A DNA stretch of 34,875 nt from NCBI GenBank assembly GCA_026982275.1, contig JALSHK010000006.1, forward strand, positions 1 through 34,875, given 5' to 3'. The notes under the pieces are model-generated. The model was given only the letters and a program-made list of their open reading frames with translations, searched no databases and was not told the origin of the DNA. The stretch comes from Paracoccaceae bacterium (lineage in GTDB: Bacteria > Pseudomonadota > Alphaproteobacteria > Rhodobacterales > Rhodobacteraceae). A program made the position numbers and the translations under genes. Positions 24,901-32,843 of this stretch are shown piece after piece. Position 1 is the stretch's first letter. Each line of letters opens with the position of its first letter.

Positions 24901-26346
24901 ATCAACCGTGATGGCGATGTATTGCGAGCGCCATCTGCCACGCGCTGGCCGCAGGCCCGGTTTGTTGAAAGGCAGCCGGCTGACAGTCGGTTGTTTTGCA
25001 AGTCTGACAGGCCGATAGATCCTTTACCCGACGGGCTGTGGCTCCAGCGGCCCGATGGAATTTGGCTTAATTTGCCGGCTGATGGAGAGAGGTTCCGGCG
25101 CGCAGCTCCGGAATACGGCCGGCTGGCCAGCCAGGTTTTTTCCATTCGCGCTTCGAGCCGAGTATCAGCTATCAGGCGCAGTGATGAAAATGGGGGGCTA
25201 TCCCAAACGGGAACCCGGGCGCTCCAGATTACCCAGCGATTCGGGGCGGGAGCGCTCGCGCCTGTCACCACTGTTTTTTCAAAAGGACCAGCCCTTGAAA
25301 TAGACACTCCGACAGGGTTTTTCGGCGCCGGGCAGCGGATTTGGGCAATTACGCCAGACGGGATTGTCGATTATGGGCCGGAAGATCGAAGTGTCGCCTA
25401 TTTCACACCGGAACGTGCTCCGCGGGTCCGGCTGCCGGCTGGATGCGTGGTTGGCTCTGCCCGTCGTGTAAGTGTAAGCGAAACAGAGCTGTATTGCGAA
25501 AATGGAACAATGGTGCGGGCTGGCGTGACGGGCGGCGCACTTTCCCTTTCAGCACCCAGCTTCGCGCTTGCAACATGGACAGCCCGCTCGGGGCAGGTTT
25601 CGGTAAGCAGTGATCGGCAGGGCATCCAGCATCTGGCCTTAAGTGGTCAGAAAATATCACCCGCGATAACAACGGGCGGCTTCCCGTTTGATTCTGTTCG
25701 CCAAGTCCTTATTGGCGGAGATGGGGGGTATAATCTGATAACAGGCATCGGGTGGTGGGGGTTTAGTTCCAGCGGGGTTTCGCTTGCCGAAAATGGCGGG
25801 AACAGCATAGCGCTTCAGCGCAGCTTGTTGCTGCGCCTTGGTCGGCCGGAGTTGGTGCAGGCTGCTGAAGTCAACGAAACTCTTGACCCTTACGGACTTT
25901 GCTTGGCGTCCGAAAACAGCACGGTGGTTGATATCTCTATCACCGAAGACGGGTACACGGCGGCGCTCTCGCGCAACAGGGTTTGCGAGCCGTATCTGGG
26001 GCGAGATAGGTTACGTTCTTTTCACAAAACAAGTGATGGACGGTTTTTTTCGCGGCTATGGATAGGTGGTCAGCGAAACCGTATTGATTCATTGGTGAAC
26101 GGACGATTTGACAGCGATCGCATCCTGGAACTGCCCAATGCACAATATATTTCCGGCGAGATGGAAGCCGGAGACGGGCTTTGTGCGCCGACAGCCCTTG
26201 CTGGCGTTTCGGTCTGGGGAAATTCGACATCCCAGCGCGGGCGCGTATTTTCCGGAGCTTGTGGCCCGCTTTTGCCAATTGCCCCGATTTATGTGGATAA
26301 CAACTATTTTGCCGTTTTTTCCGGAGCTTTATACAGGCGCGAATGA
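18970..26346 (+). CDS. Giant (2458 aa) N-terminally membrane-anchored protein built largely of beta-propeller-type repeats
   Basis: An uninterrupted 7.4-kb ORF whose ATG overlaps the upstream stop (ATGA). A basic N-terminus (RWFARRTKNLRF) is followed by a single TM segment, AIALLLIIAVMLVIGIGGLLY. Recurrent blade-like motifs then follow: VWIRGDQDGLARWTEGRWAVW, GVWVARGSGLWFADF, GKNGIWRYNTTTRSWTRP, GAWGIRIYNPVTRGWETV, GKDGILRTYQPSSDRW, VLQVYDPRTRRIVY, GVWLNNLSTRRWNKV. These resemble Reg_prop/WD-like propeller blades. No catalytic motif recognised. Confidence 0.8.
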   Translation: MKWPFPPFDEENGLPRHGMDRWFARRTKNLRFVNRLDPVWGAIALLLIIAVMLVIGIGGLLYPEPEKTVRVEDRRILQSFTDPDDCFVSAAPTANGQLLVSLSRAARCRSDIASGGVTLYDPIWRVFSPQTLPFADDEGYSLSDTIGNVANSVWIRGDQDGLARWTEGRWAVWASQTSMQIGERLSMDRDIVATAQTKNDGESMFATRTGAFSVYDTSDSRWQNYGYLPGTGTVSALEWSDKGVWVARGSGLWFADFSLGAGLGEPRQISRDPVLSLDLTEQGEAVVLYSKACEGQPSRVAVERGGCQALVRYTSDARRYYAMLDTTAAPRLLDSRAVQFVAAIGAELVLAGKNGIWRYNTTTRSWTRPEKRSVTVLETGPDGTIAYGGRGWIAMQAPLMRTTVTSSFPNQSRTSVMVSFDSRNRPLFTDNQGALIRLERSGTLAFLFEPTAPGAIESMFVASSPTHDYFIGESGQVALDRETRSYTRAGSNSQLSSMANATLYAQLGSLALGFVPTGTTDRGSLVVFDMSTPSLSVSRPVESAKGLTLATEAQAFFTDRLGRLFGGRINFRQPSGISVEGLMPAQPNTGPGERQVDDVTRLGDRFVLSGAWGIRIYNPVTRGWETVSSIDTRTVADLGQGGKILSVGKDGILRTYQPSSDRWLASTVIPNRPLAFNSERDILDTLVSPLGQIVFLAKTENGGVLQVYDPRTRRIVYTSNINAGAVTNGKILTFISGQNWMLRLGARAFTADGALPLAPASRGVVSGWAESGKVFVTVEQDQRTGLKFLHRRQIGNDRSTCLYRANTIDASPQLDAFMPSQNRLVTVTEQGVWLNNLSTRRWNKVNLPASSYQVGMSGNMLWARSTGRRAANLVYRIDPQAAPAYDSCDPNATGIASVAFENAVILPENGTVYRITSVQDGGSPQVVKETIGGRASVQLAPAGAPPGAGAPLRSFVHEATNSLWLAYPGALARYEFRARKWTQFPLPRSRDWSQVLIETGEGTLEGKLVASYIADAGWIQLRVPYGAGSASEMEVFDREIVNPGPVPGGRLAGNLQEIRQSASALYFRFPDRIVSMNRRNRSWNPAWPIADENAEMAIINNRFMVYAPSLNRLYFQRGRGTVGIGAALREVVVPEGQVPMIDRDGLISWIAADGALVSCSAAAICQNVVNPVPEIDLRGVSSIRQLGEDFLLAGDDGLGIVVTRDPDQRFRRLTQGAKPLTGQNTLGRLRTETIGVLRRSKNGENLFMASPSSGFWVVDGPMPPFLPTMNKATSFGLSGVFNPDDNLYIDTSKQLVGEDGIIGPLPAGISGQDIMAIGRFGDDYWFQTLDRIQVFSPDCISPDVVVDVPEDPEQDIEAPARCIERDFPTLEGQIIAYIEAGNSGQNFIAILQDGSAQSFDGRWQQIRPAFQLPLATIQDFLQATTFVRPDGKRSFFAPLSVEESVDGSRFTVVEPKPGGTNRRRSYVAFQAGTLAALDLGWLRFDAARKVLVLGRGEQKSEMPLDAAFNSDQRFLAFAWSAPAPQPDGTVIVALQDGQLRLQNPASQSSLVTAAYVRQRGILDAAVVPDTGGHWQGPRFLPFQAENTLLSPERLYQKEAFSILQDRRETGVRLRHGVNRVLDRAGFLWDRFNDIGLGPNLEVILQTALGPVEMDAPEAALFEGMVAWSADTLDVIEAATERRLPENKFEWRQDRRNGIASLTRDTLFSAIYANGTLSVSTLAGFGQRRGFGPVATLDNAADPVDLLLSRGDEPLVYGLLNGDVMIANEQSGLEIADPAIAAEVMQLEAWRVGPLFARAKNSGRTQFEVRLAETGGQESPAIGPSRRFLFDSFLQARFAPDQALYLVSNAGLMRSASRSPDLAGMELLSSNTGNRSYDLVTRENDLYVLARKHGRPVGCEQISESGQRQCDVQMPLLSMVQTTLSDDRGLTAKAGETGWVFSASDPDTSMNRRVSLENGRFSFDRIQAVAVCNGAFFMINRDGDVLRAPSATRWPQARFVERQPADSRLFCKSDRPIDPLPDGLWLQRPDGIWLNLPADGERFRRAAPEYGRLASQVFSIRASSRVSAIRRSDENGGLSQTGTRALQITQRFGAGALAPVTTVFSKGPALEIDTPTGFFGAGQRIWAITPDGIVDYGPEDRSVAYFTPERAPRVRLPAGCVVGSARRVSVSETELYCENGTMVRAGVTGGALSLSAPSFALATWTARSGQVSVSSDRQGIQHLALSGQKISPAITTGGFPFDSVRQVLIGGDGGYNLITGIGWWGFSSSGVSLAENGGNSIALQRSLLLRLGRPELVQAAEVNETLDPYGLCLASENSTVVDISITEDGYTAALSRNRVCEPYLGRDRLRSFHKTSDGRFFSRLWIGGQRNRIDSLVNGRFDSDRILELPNAQYISGEMEAGDGLCAPTALAGVSVWGNSTSQRGRVFSGACGPLLPIAPIYVDNNYFAVFSGALYRRE

Positions 26347-26566
26347 AGCGGTTACTGCAAAAATGCCAGTGGTGGCAAAGCGGTAAATAATGCCGGGGCA
26401 AGCATAGTTTGATCATTTCCAGCTCAATCTGACGGGTCGATGAAAATTGTGATATAGTGGTTTTGACAAATGCGGGAATCGCCATGGGAAATTACAGGTT
26501 TTGTCCGGTGTCAAACGGCCTGCTCCCATGGAAATGATTTTCGCGACAGCCGAAACCGGAGAGAAT

Positions 26567-28741
26567 ATGCGTATTATTTCCCTGATTGCCTTGTTTTTTG
26601 CCAGTGCGCTATGGGCGCAAGAGCGAGAGCCAAACAACCTTTTGGGGCAAAAATCCCCCTATTTGCTTCAGCATGTATATAATGCGGTTGATTGGTATCC
26701 ATGGGATGAGCCGGCTTTTGCCAAGGCTCGCGCCGAAGGCAAGCCGATATTCTTGTCGGTCGGGTATGCTTCTTGTCACTGGTGCAGGGTGATGGCGGAG
26801 GAAAGTTTTGAAGATGACGCAGTGGGGGCCTTTCTGAACGATAATTTTGTTTCGATCAAGCTGGATCGCGAGGAACGCCCCGATCTTGACGAACAGTTCA
26901 TGCTGGTTACACGAACCGCAACCGGAACGGCGGGCTGGCCGAATTCGGTATTTCTCACACCGGAAGGGGATCCCTTTTATGCTGGCGGCTATTACACCAG
27001 AGATACGTTTTTATCGCTGCTGGTAGAGCTTGAGCAGCGCTGGCGCGAGGATCGTGAAACAATAGATGCCACGGCAGCCTCGCTGGGCGGCGTGGTGCGG
27101 GAATATCTTGGGCGAAAGGCACAGGCAAAACCGCTGACGCCGGAGCTTGCGCTCGAGGTTTCCCGGCAAATGCTGTCCGGAATGGATGATTTTAACGGCG
27201 GCTTCGGGGTGGCCCCGAAATTTCCGAAGGAATCAGGCTTGTTGTTTCTGCTGGATCAGGCCGAGCGGAATATGGATACTGCGTTGCTGGAGGCCGTGCA
27301 GCTTGCGGCCGAGGGAATGGTGAATGGCGGCATTCATGATCAGGCCGGTGGCGGCTTCCATCGTTATGCGGTGGATAATGAATGGGCGGTGCCGCATTTC
27401 GAGAAGATGCTCTATAATCAGGCCCTGATCGGACGTTTGCTGATGCGGCTGGATGGCCTGCAGCCCAACGAGGCCTTTGCCCGCGCCGCCATTCGCACCT
27501 TTGACTATGTGCTGCGCGATCTTCAGGCCACCGGAGGCGGGTTTTATGCCTCCGAGGATGCCGATACCCTTGATGAAAACGGCGAATACAAAGAGGGGTA
27601 TTTCTATCTCTGGACGCCGGATGAAATTCGCGCTGTGGCGGGCGGGGAGGCGGAGTTTCTGATCTCGGCGCTGAATGTGGAAGAGAACGGCAATTTTGAA
27701 GGTTCCAGCACCCTGCGCCTGAGCTATTTTGACGGTGACCGCGCACGGCTGGATCGCGGGCTGGAGCTGCTGCGATTGGCGCGCATGGCCCGCACCCCGC
27801 CCAACAAGGATGAAAAAATCCTGATGGGCTGGAATGGCGAAATGATTATCACGCTGGCGGCGGCGGCAAAGGCATATGGGCGGCCCGAATATCTGGCGGC
27901 GGCGCAGGCCTCGGCGCGATTTATCATGGACAACATGCGCAATGGTGACGGGTATTTCCGCGCCTATATCGCGGGCGAGGCCAGCATCGAGGCGCAATTG
28001 CCCGATTATGCCGGCTTTGGCCGTGCGCTGGTGGCGCTGCATGATGCCGACCCGGCAGCTGGCTGGCTGGCAGAGGCCCGGCGCATTGCCCGTTATATGC
28101 GGTCGAATTTCCAGGAGGATAGCGGAATATTCCGCATGAATGAACAGGCCGAGGGGCTGGGGGCGTTTATTCCGGTGGATGATGGCGAGGTGGCTTCGGG
28201 CAACGCGCAGGCACAATGGCTGCTGAGCGCTTTGGCGCGACGGGGAGAAGATGCGGAATTTGTGCAACAGGCGGATGCGCTGGCGGATCTCCTTTCGGGA
28301 AGCGCCCTTGGCCTGCCCGAGAAACGCGCGGCGGGCTTGGCGGCAGTGGATGCGCAGAATCGCGGTGATCTTGGTCCGTTGCGGGCGGTGTCCAACGGGG
28401 CGGTTCTGGTGCAGGCGGAGTATGACCGGGCAGCAGGCGTGGTGAATTTTACCATTTCGGTGGCCGAGGGTTGGCATATCAACGCCCATGAACCGCTGGA
28501 AGATTATTTCATCCCGACCTCGCTCCGGGTAAACGGCGAGGCGCTGGGTCCGGAGGCCTATCCCGAGCCGCTGATCACCACGCTTGCCTTTAACCGCGAT
28601 ACCCCGCTGGCGTTATATGATGGTGAACTCCGTCTGAGCGCGCCGGTTGGAGAGGGGGCGAATGTGGTGGTTCTGGTGCTACAATCCTGCAGTGATGAAA
28701 TATGCCTTGCACCGCAGGATATCAGCTTTGGCTTTTGGTAG
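26567..28741 (+). CDS. Secreted thioredoxin-domain protein of the YyaL/DUF255 family (thioredoxin-like N-domain + six-hairpin glycosidase-like domain) with C-terminal DsbD-N-like domain
   Basis: [80 protein letters not shown] is the hallmark DUF255 CxxC region. I chose the ATG at 26567 (GGAGA RBS) because [19 protein letters not shown] looks like a signal peptide; the ORF track start at 26501 is upstream. The C-terminal ~110 aa (GWHINAHEP...IPTSLRV...YPEP...LYDGELRL...[13 protein letters not shown]) resembles the DsbD N-terminal/DsbC-like domain. Confidence 0.8.
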   Translation: MRIISLIALFFASALWAQEREPNNLLGQKSPYLLQHVYNAVDWYPWDEPAFAKARAEGKPIFLSVGYASCHWCRVMAEESFEDDAVGAFLNDNFVSIKLDREERPDLDEQFMLVTRTATGTAGWPNSVFLTPEGDPFYAGGYYTRDTFLSLLVELEQRWREDRETIDATAASLGGVVREYLGRKAQAKPLTPELALEVSRQMLSGMDDFNGGFGVAPKFPKESGLLFLLDQAERNMDTALLEAVQLAAEGMVNGGIHDQAGGGFHRYAVDNEWAVPHFEKMLYNQALIGRLLMRLDGLQPNEAFARAAIRTFDYVLRDLQATGGGFYASEDADTLDENGEYKEGYFYLWTPDEIRAVAGGEAEFLISALNVEENGNFEGSSTLRLSYFDGDRARLDRGLELLRLARMARTPPNKDEKILMGWNGEMIITLAAAAKAYGRPEYLAAAQASARFIMDNMRNGDGYFRAYIAGEASIEAQLPDYAGFGRALVALHDADPAAGWLAEARRIARYMRSNFQEDSGIFRMNEQAEGLGAFIPVDDGEVASGNAQAQWLLSALARRGEDAEFVQQADALADLLSGSALGLPEKRAAGLAAVDAQNRGDLGPLRAVSNGAVLVQAEYDRAAGVVNFTISVAEGWHINAHEPLEDYFIPTSLRVNGEALGPEAYPEPLITTLAFNRDTPLALYDGELRLSAPVGEGANVVVLVLQSCSDEICLAPQDISFGFW

Positions 28742-28750
28742 GTCGCGGGG

Positions 28751-30226
28751 TTAAACCTCCATGCAGATATATTTCATTTCCAGATAATCCTCTACGCCAT
28801 GATGGGAGCCTTCGCGACCGAGGCCGGATTGCTTGACCCCGCCAAAGGGGGCGACTTCGGTGGAAATCAGGCCGGTATTCACCCCGACCATGCCATATTC
28901 CAGCGCTTCGGCCACCCGCCATACGCGGCTCAGGTTATTGGCATAGAAATAGCTGGCGAGGCCAAAAACGGTGTCATTGGCCTGCTCGATTACATCCGCC
29001 TCGTCGGTGAAGCGGAAAAGCGGTGCAACGGGGCCGAAGGTTTCGTCATTGGTGACGATCATATCGCGGGTAACGCCTGTGAGGATGGTTGGCTCGAAAA
29101 ACGTGCCGCCAAGCGCGTGACGATGGCCGCCGGCGGTGACAGTGGCACCTTTGGCTGTGGCGTCTGCAATATGTGCTTCCACCTTTTCCACGGCGGCCCG
29201 GGTGATCAGCGGTCCTGCAACAGTGCCCGCTTCAAAGCCGTCGCCGACCTTCATCTTGCCCACGGCCTCGCCCATTTTGGCGGCAAATTCGTCATATACC
29301 GCATCCTGCACATAAATCCGGTTGGCACAAACGCAGGTCTGGCCGTTATTGCGGTATTTGGCAATCATCGCCCCTTCCACGGCGGCATCCAGATCTGCAT
29401 CGTCAAACACGATGAAGGGGGCGTTGCCACCCAGCTCCATACTCATTTTCATCACCCGCGAAGCCCCTTGCGCCAGCAATATCCGACCCACCTGTGTGGA
29501 GCCGGTAAAGGTGAGCTTGCGCACCTTGTCGTTAGACGTGAATTCTTTGCCGATGTCAGCCGCAGCAGAGGATGGCACCACCGAGAACACCCCTTTGGGC
29601 ACCCCTGCCCGCTCGGCCAGCAGGGCCATGGCGAGGGCTGAAAGCGGGGTTTCGGGGGCGGGTTTGGCGACGAATGCACAGCCCACGGCCAGCGCAGGGC
29701 CGGCCTTGCGCGCGATCATCGCATTCGGGAAATTCCACGGGGTGATCGAGGCCACCACCCCTACGGGCTGTTTCAGCACGACAATGCGCTTGCTTGGCTG
29801 ATGGCCCGGAATGGTCTCGCCGTAAACCCGCTTGGCTTCTTCGGAAAACCACTCGATAAAGCTGGCCCCATAAAGGATTTCGCCCTTGGCCTCGGGCAGG
29901 GGCTTGCCCATTTCTGCGGTGAGAATCGCGCCCAGATCATCGGCATTTTCCACCATCAGCTCATACCACTTGCGCAGAACCGCTGCACGCTCCTTGCCGG
30001 TGCGCGCGGCCCATGGTTTTTGCGCGATATAGGCGGCGTCAATGGCGCGGGTGGTTTCGGCCACCCCGCAATCGGCGACTTGCGCGACCACATCGCCGCG
30101 TGCGGGGTTGGTGACATCAAGGGTATTTCCTCGGTCGCTATCTACCCATTCACCGGCAATAAAGGCCTTGGTGACAAGCAGGGAAGGGTCTTTTAGCCTG
30201 CTGGCGAGTTCGGTTTTGTCTAGCAT
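28751..30226 (-). CDS. gabD: NAD(P)+-dependent succinate-semialdehyde dehydrogenase (aldehyde dehydrogenase family)
   Basis: MLDKTELASRLKDPSLLVTKAFIAGEWVDS...TLDVTNPARGDVVAQV...VLKQPVGVVASITPWNFPNAMIARKAGPALAVGCAFVAKPAPETPLSALAMA...MELGGNAPFIVFDDADLD...NNGQTCVCANRIYVQ...EETFGPVAPLFRF follows the typical GabD/SSADH pattern, including the catalytic Cys and Glu motifs. I set the start at the ATG complement of 30224-30226, which has a GGAGG RBS and gives 491 aa. The 642-aa ORF-track version adds an Arg/Pro-rich extension that overlaps trmL. Confidence 0.85.
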   Translation of the reverse strand: MLDKTELASRLKDPSLLVTKAFIAGEWVDSDRGNTLDVTNPARGDVVAQVADCGVAETTRAIDAAYIAQKPWAARTGKERAAVLRKWYELMVENADDLGAILTAEMGKPLPEAKGEILYGASFIEWFSEEAKRVYGETIPGHQPSKRIVVLKQPVGVVASITPWNFPNAMIARKAGPALAVGCAFVAKPAPETPLSALAMALLAERAGVPKGVFSVVPSSAAADIGKEFTSNDKVRKLTFTGSTQVGRILLAQGASRVMKMSMELGGNAPFIVFDDADLDAAVEGAMIAKYRNNGQTCVCANRIYVQDAVYDEFAAKMGEAVGKMKVGDGFEAGTVAGPLITRAAVEKVEAHIADATAKGATVTAGGHRHALGGTFFEPTILTGVTRDMIVTNDETFGPVAPLFRFTDEADVIEQANDTVFGLASYFYANNLSRVWRVAEALEYGMVGVNTGLISTEVAPFGGVKQSGLGREGSHHGVEDYLEMKYICMEV

Positions 30227-30317
30227 CGGAGCCTCCGTAAGTATTCGGGTGCAGGATGCGGGGGCGGGGGCGGTTTCGCAAGGGGTATTGGTTCCGAAGA
30301 AGCAAAATACCCGCGTT

Positions 30318-30339
30318 GGTGGTGGGCTATAACACCACC
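30318..30339 (-). terminator. Possible stem-loop terminator immediately after trmL stop
   Basis: ggtggtg-ggctataa-caccacc forms a perfect 7-bp GC-rich stem with an 8-nt loop, directly abutting the trmL TAG. On the minus strand a short T-run (TATTTTG) follows only after about 10 nt, so this is not a textbook intrinsic terminator. Confidence 0.3.
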
Positions 30340-30798
30340 CTACCGGAGCTGGCGCGTGGCCTCGCCAATCGCTATGCCCGCCGATACCGCCACATTCAGC
30401 GATCGCCCGCCTCCGGGCATGGGAATGAGCAGGCGGGCATCGCAGGCCTGGGCCACCTCGCCGGGCACCCCGGCGCTCTCGCGGCCAAGCATTATGGTAT
30501 CTCCTGCCCGAAAGTTGAAATCCCATAGCGGGCTGGCGGCTTTGGTGGTCATGAGAATCAGGCGGCCGGTGCGTTGGGCCTGAAATGCCTCCCACGAAGC
30601 ATGGCGGGTGATATCGGCGATATCGGCGTAATCCATCGCCGAACGGCGCAGGGCCTTGACCGAAAACGGGAATCCGCATGGCTCGATTACGTCTATTCCC
30701 GCGTCAAAACAGGCGGCAAGGCGAATCATACTGCCCAGATTGGGCGCTATATCCGGCTGAAAAGCTGCGATTCGAAGATTTTGGGGCAATATTTTCAC
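30340..30798 (-). CDS. trmL: tRNA (cytidine/uridine-2'-O)-methyltransferase, SpoU/TrmH family (TrmL-like)
   Basis: [50 protein letters not shown]...LILMTTKA...[20 protein letters not shown]...[27 protein letters not shown] matches the TrmL/YibK SPOUT motifs. I chose the GTG at the complement of 30796-30798, giving 152 aa, which is the family-typical length. The longer ORF-track version (193 aa) would overlap the petA promoter region. The exact start is uncertain. Confidence 0.75.
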   Translation of the reverse strand: MKILPQNLRIAAFQPDIAPNLGSMIRLAACFDAGIDVIEPCGFPFSVKALRRSAMDYADIADITRHASWEAFQAQRTGRLILMTTKAASPLWDFNFRAGDTIMLGRESAGVPGEVAQACDARLLIPMPGGGRSLNVAVSAGIAIGEATRQLR

Positions 30799-30934
30799 TT
30801 TCTTTAGGCATGCGGCGCAAAGTCCGCTGGACCGCGCGCCCACTCGGGTGTATTCGTTTCGGGCAATGCCTGCAATCTGCGGGCCTAAAATGTATATCTG
30901 CCCGAAACCGGGCAACAACAAGGGGGGACGTCCA

Positions 30935-31492
30935 TTGTCTCACGCAGAAGATTCAGGTTCGCGCCGCGATTTCCTATATGTCGCGACCGCCTCCACCGGC
31001 GCGGTGGCTCTCGGGGCTGCCGTCTGGCCGCTGGTCGATCAAATGAATGCCAGTGCCGATGTGCAGGCGCTTGCTTCCAAAGAGGTTGATATTTCCGGTG
31101 TTGAAGTGGGCACACAAATTTCGGTCAAGTGGCTTGGCAAGCCGGTTTTCATCCGTCATCGCACAGACGAGGAAATCGAAGCCAGCCGCAACACCCCGCT
31201 GGAAGATCTGAAAGATCCGACCTCGCAAAACAACGCGAAATGGGAAACCGATGCATCCGATGCCAACCGCGCGCTGGATGAAGAAGGCAAATGGCTGGTG
31301 ATGGTCGGGGTTTGCACCCATCTGGGTTGTATCCCGCTTGGCGGAGCCTCGGGCGAATTTGGCGGCTGGTTCTGCCCTTGCCACGGTTCGCACTATGATA
31401 CGGCTGGCCGCATTCGCAAGGGGCCTGCCCCGCTCAATCTTTTGGTGCCGGAAGCCGCGTTTCTGTCCGACACCGTAATTAAACTAGGCTAA
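30935..31492 (+). CDS. petA: Ubiquinol-cytochrome c reductase Rieske iron-sulfur subunit
   Basis: (M)[42 protein letters not shown]...[14 protein letters not shown]...[17 protein letters not shown]...[27 protein letters not shown]...IKLG contains the Rieske boxes CTHLGC and CPCHGS and a Tat-like RRDFLY. It is near-colinear with R. capsulatus PetA, which starts MSHAEDN. I therefore chose the TTG start at 30935, preceded by an AAGGGGGG RBS, rather than the ORF-track ATG at 30848. Confidence 0.9.
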   Translation: MSHAEDSGSRRDFLYVATASTGAVALGAAVWPLVDQMNASADVQALASKEVDISGVEVGTQISVKWLGKPVFIRHRTDEEIEASRNTPLEDLKDPTSQNNAKWETDASDANRALDEEGKWLVMVGVCTHLGCIPLGGASGEFGGWFCPCHGSHYDTAGRIRKGPAPLNLLVPEAAFLSDTVIKLG

Positions 31493-31503
31493 GGGAGAAC
31501 ATC

Positions 31504-32820
31504 ATGGGTGGTATCCCACACGATAAATACGAGCCAAAGACCAAATCGGAAAAATGGCTCCACTCGCGTCTTCCTATTGTAGGGCTGATCTATGATACAA
31601 TCATGATCCCGACGCCGAAAAACCTGAACTGGATGTGGATCTGGGGCATTGTGCTGGCCTTTGCGCTGGTGATCCAGATCGTAACCGGCATCATTCTGGC
31701 CATGCACTATACGCCGAATGTAAACCTGGCTTTCCAGTCGGTCGAACATATCATGCGCAATGTGAATGGCGGCTGGCTGCTTCGCTATGTGCATATGAAC
31801 GGCGCAACGCTTTTCTTTATTGCGGTATATCTGCATATTTTCCGTGGCCTGTATTACGGTTCCTATAAATCCCCGCGCGAGGTGACATGGATCATCGGCA
31901 TGCTGATCTATCTGGCGATGATGGCTACCGGCTTTCTGGGCTATGTGCTTCCATGGGGGCAAATGTCCTTCTGGGGCGCAACGGTAATTACCGGCCTGTT
32001 TGGTGCCATTCCCGGAGTTGGTGAAAGCATTCAGGCATGGCTGCTTGGCGGACCATCGGTGGATAACCCCACCTTGAACCGCTTTTTCTCGCTGCATTAT
32101 TTGCTGCCCTTTGTGATTGTGGCGCTGGTTGCCCTGCATATCTGGGCCTTTCACACTACCGGCAACAGCAACCCGACAGGGGTCGAGGTTCGCCGTGGCT
32201 CCAAGGAAGAGGCTGAAAAAGACACCCTGCCTTTCTGGCCTTACTTTGTGATCAAGGACTTTTATGCGCTGGTTGTGGTGTTGGTGGTATTTGCTGCGGT
32301 TGTCGGTTTCATGCCGAATTACTTTGGCCACCCGGATAACTACATCATGGCCGATCCGCTGAAAACACCGGCGGAGATTGTGCCGGAATGGTATTATCTG
32401 CCTTTCTACGCAATTTTGCGCGCCTTTACCGATGATGTATGGGCGGTGCAAATCGCCTCCCTCTTCTCGGGCGGGATCATTGATGCAAAATTCTTTGGTG
32501 TGATCGCGATGTTCGGTTCGATCTTTGTGATGGCTCTGGTTCCATGGCTGGATACTTCCAAAGTGCGTTCGGGCCGTTATCGCCCGGCGTTCCGGTTTTT
32601 CTTCTGGATCCTGGCGTTTGACTTCATGTTCCTGATGTGGCTGGGCGCCCGCCCCGCAACCGAACCCTATTCAAGCCTCGCGCTTGTAGGCACGACCTAC
32701 TGGTTCGCCTATTTCCTGGTTATCCTGCCGCTGCTGGGGGTGTTTGAACGCCCGCAAACGCCGCCGGATACGATCGAAGCGGACTTTGATAGCCACTATC
32801 CGCCAAAACCGGCCGAATAA
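31504..32820 (+). CDS. petB: Cytochrome b subunit of the bc1 complex
   Basis: [53 protein letters not shown]...AMHYTP...[12 protein letters not shown]...[15 protein letters not shown]...[13 protein letters not shown] carries canonical cytochrome b motifs. An AGGGAGA RBS is present. Confidence 0.95.
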   Translation: MGGIPHDKYEPKTKSEKWLHSRLPIVGLIYDTIMIPTPKNLNWMWIWGIVLAFALVIQIVTGIILAMHYTPNVNLAFQSVEHIMRNVNGGWLLRYVHMNGATLFFIAVYLHIFRGLYYGSYKSPREVTWIIGMLIYLAMMATGFLGYVLPWGQMSFWGATVITGLFGAIPGVGESIQAWLLGGPSVDNPTLNRFFSLHYLLPFVIVALVALHIWAFHTTGNSNPTGVEVRRGSKEEAEKDTLPFWPYFVIKDFYALVVVLVVFAAVVGFMPNYFGHPDNYIMADPLKTPAEIVPEWYYLPFYAILRAFTDDVWAVQIASLFSGGIIDAKFFGVIAMFGSIFVMALVPWLDTSKVRSGRYRPAFRFFFWILAFDFMFLMWLGARPATEPYSSLALVGTTYWFAYFLVILPLLGVFERPQTPPDTIEADFDSHYPPKPAE

Positions 32821-32843
32821 GCTCATACGAGAGGACATTTATA

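Noticed and set aside
27233-28489. 418-aa minus-strand ORF, the longest alternative ORF in the window
   Set aside because: It is antisense to the YyaL/DUF255 gene, and its Arg/His/Gln/Pro-rich translation has no motif. Long antisense ORFs are expected in GC-rich coding DNA. The same reasoning applies to 31489-32451 (antisense to petB), 28799-29641 (antisense to gabD), 10003-10809, 7225-7944, 8950-9636, 24624-25307 and 12005-12598.
30241-30300. G-rich tract (gcgggggcgggggcgg) upstream of gabD as a possible G-quadruplex or regulatory element
   Set aside because: It is a short run in a GC-rich promoter region, with only two to three G-tracts of adequate length. That is insufficient to propose a structure.
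30227-30679. N-terminal 151-aa extension of the gabD ORF (the 642-aa version in the ORF track)
   Set aside because: The extension is Arg/Pro/Gly-rich, overlaps the trmL coding region on the same strand in another frame, and has no aldehyde dehydrogenase counterpart. An internal ATG with a GGAGG RBS gives a family-typical 491-aa protein.
30848-30934. Upstream ATG start for petA (214-aa version), and likewise the 30799-30921 extension of trmL
   Set aside because: The extensions would overlap each other across the divergent promoter region and add non-homologous residues. The conserved MSHAED... N-terminus with an upstream G-rich RBS supports TTG at 30935, and family length supports GTG at 30798 for trmL.
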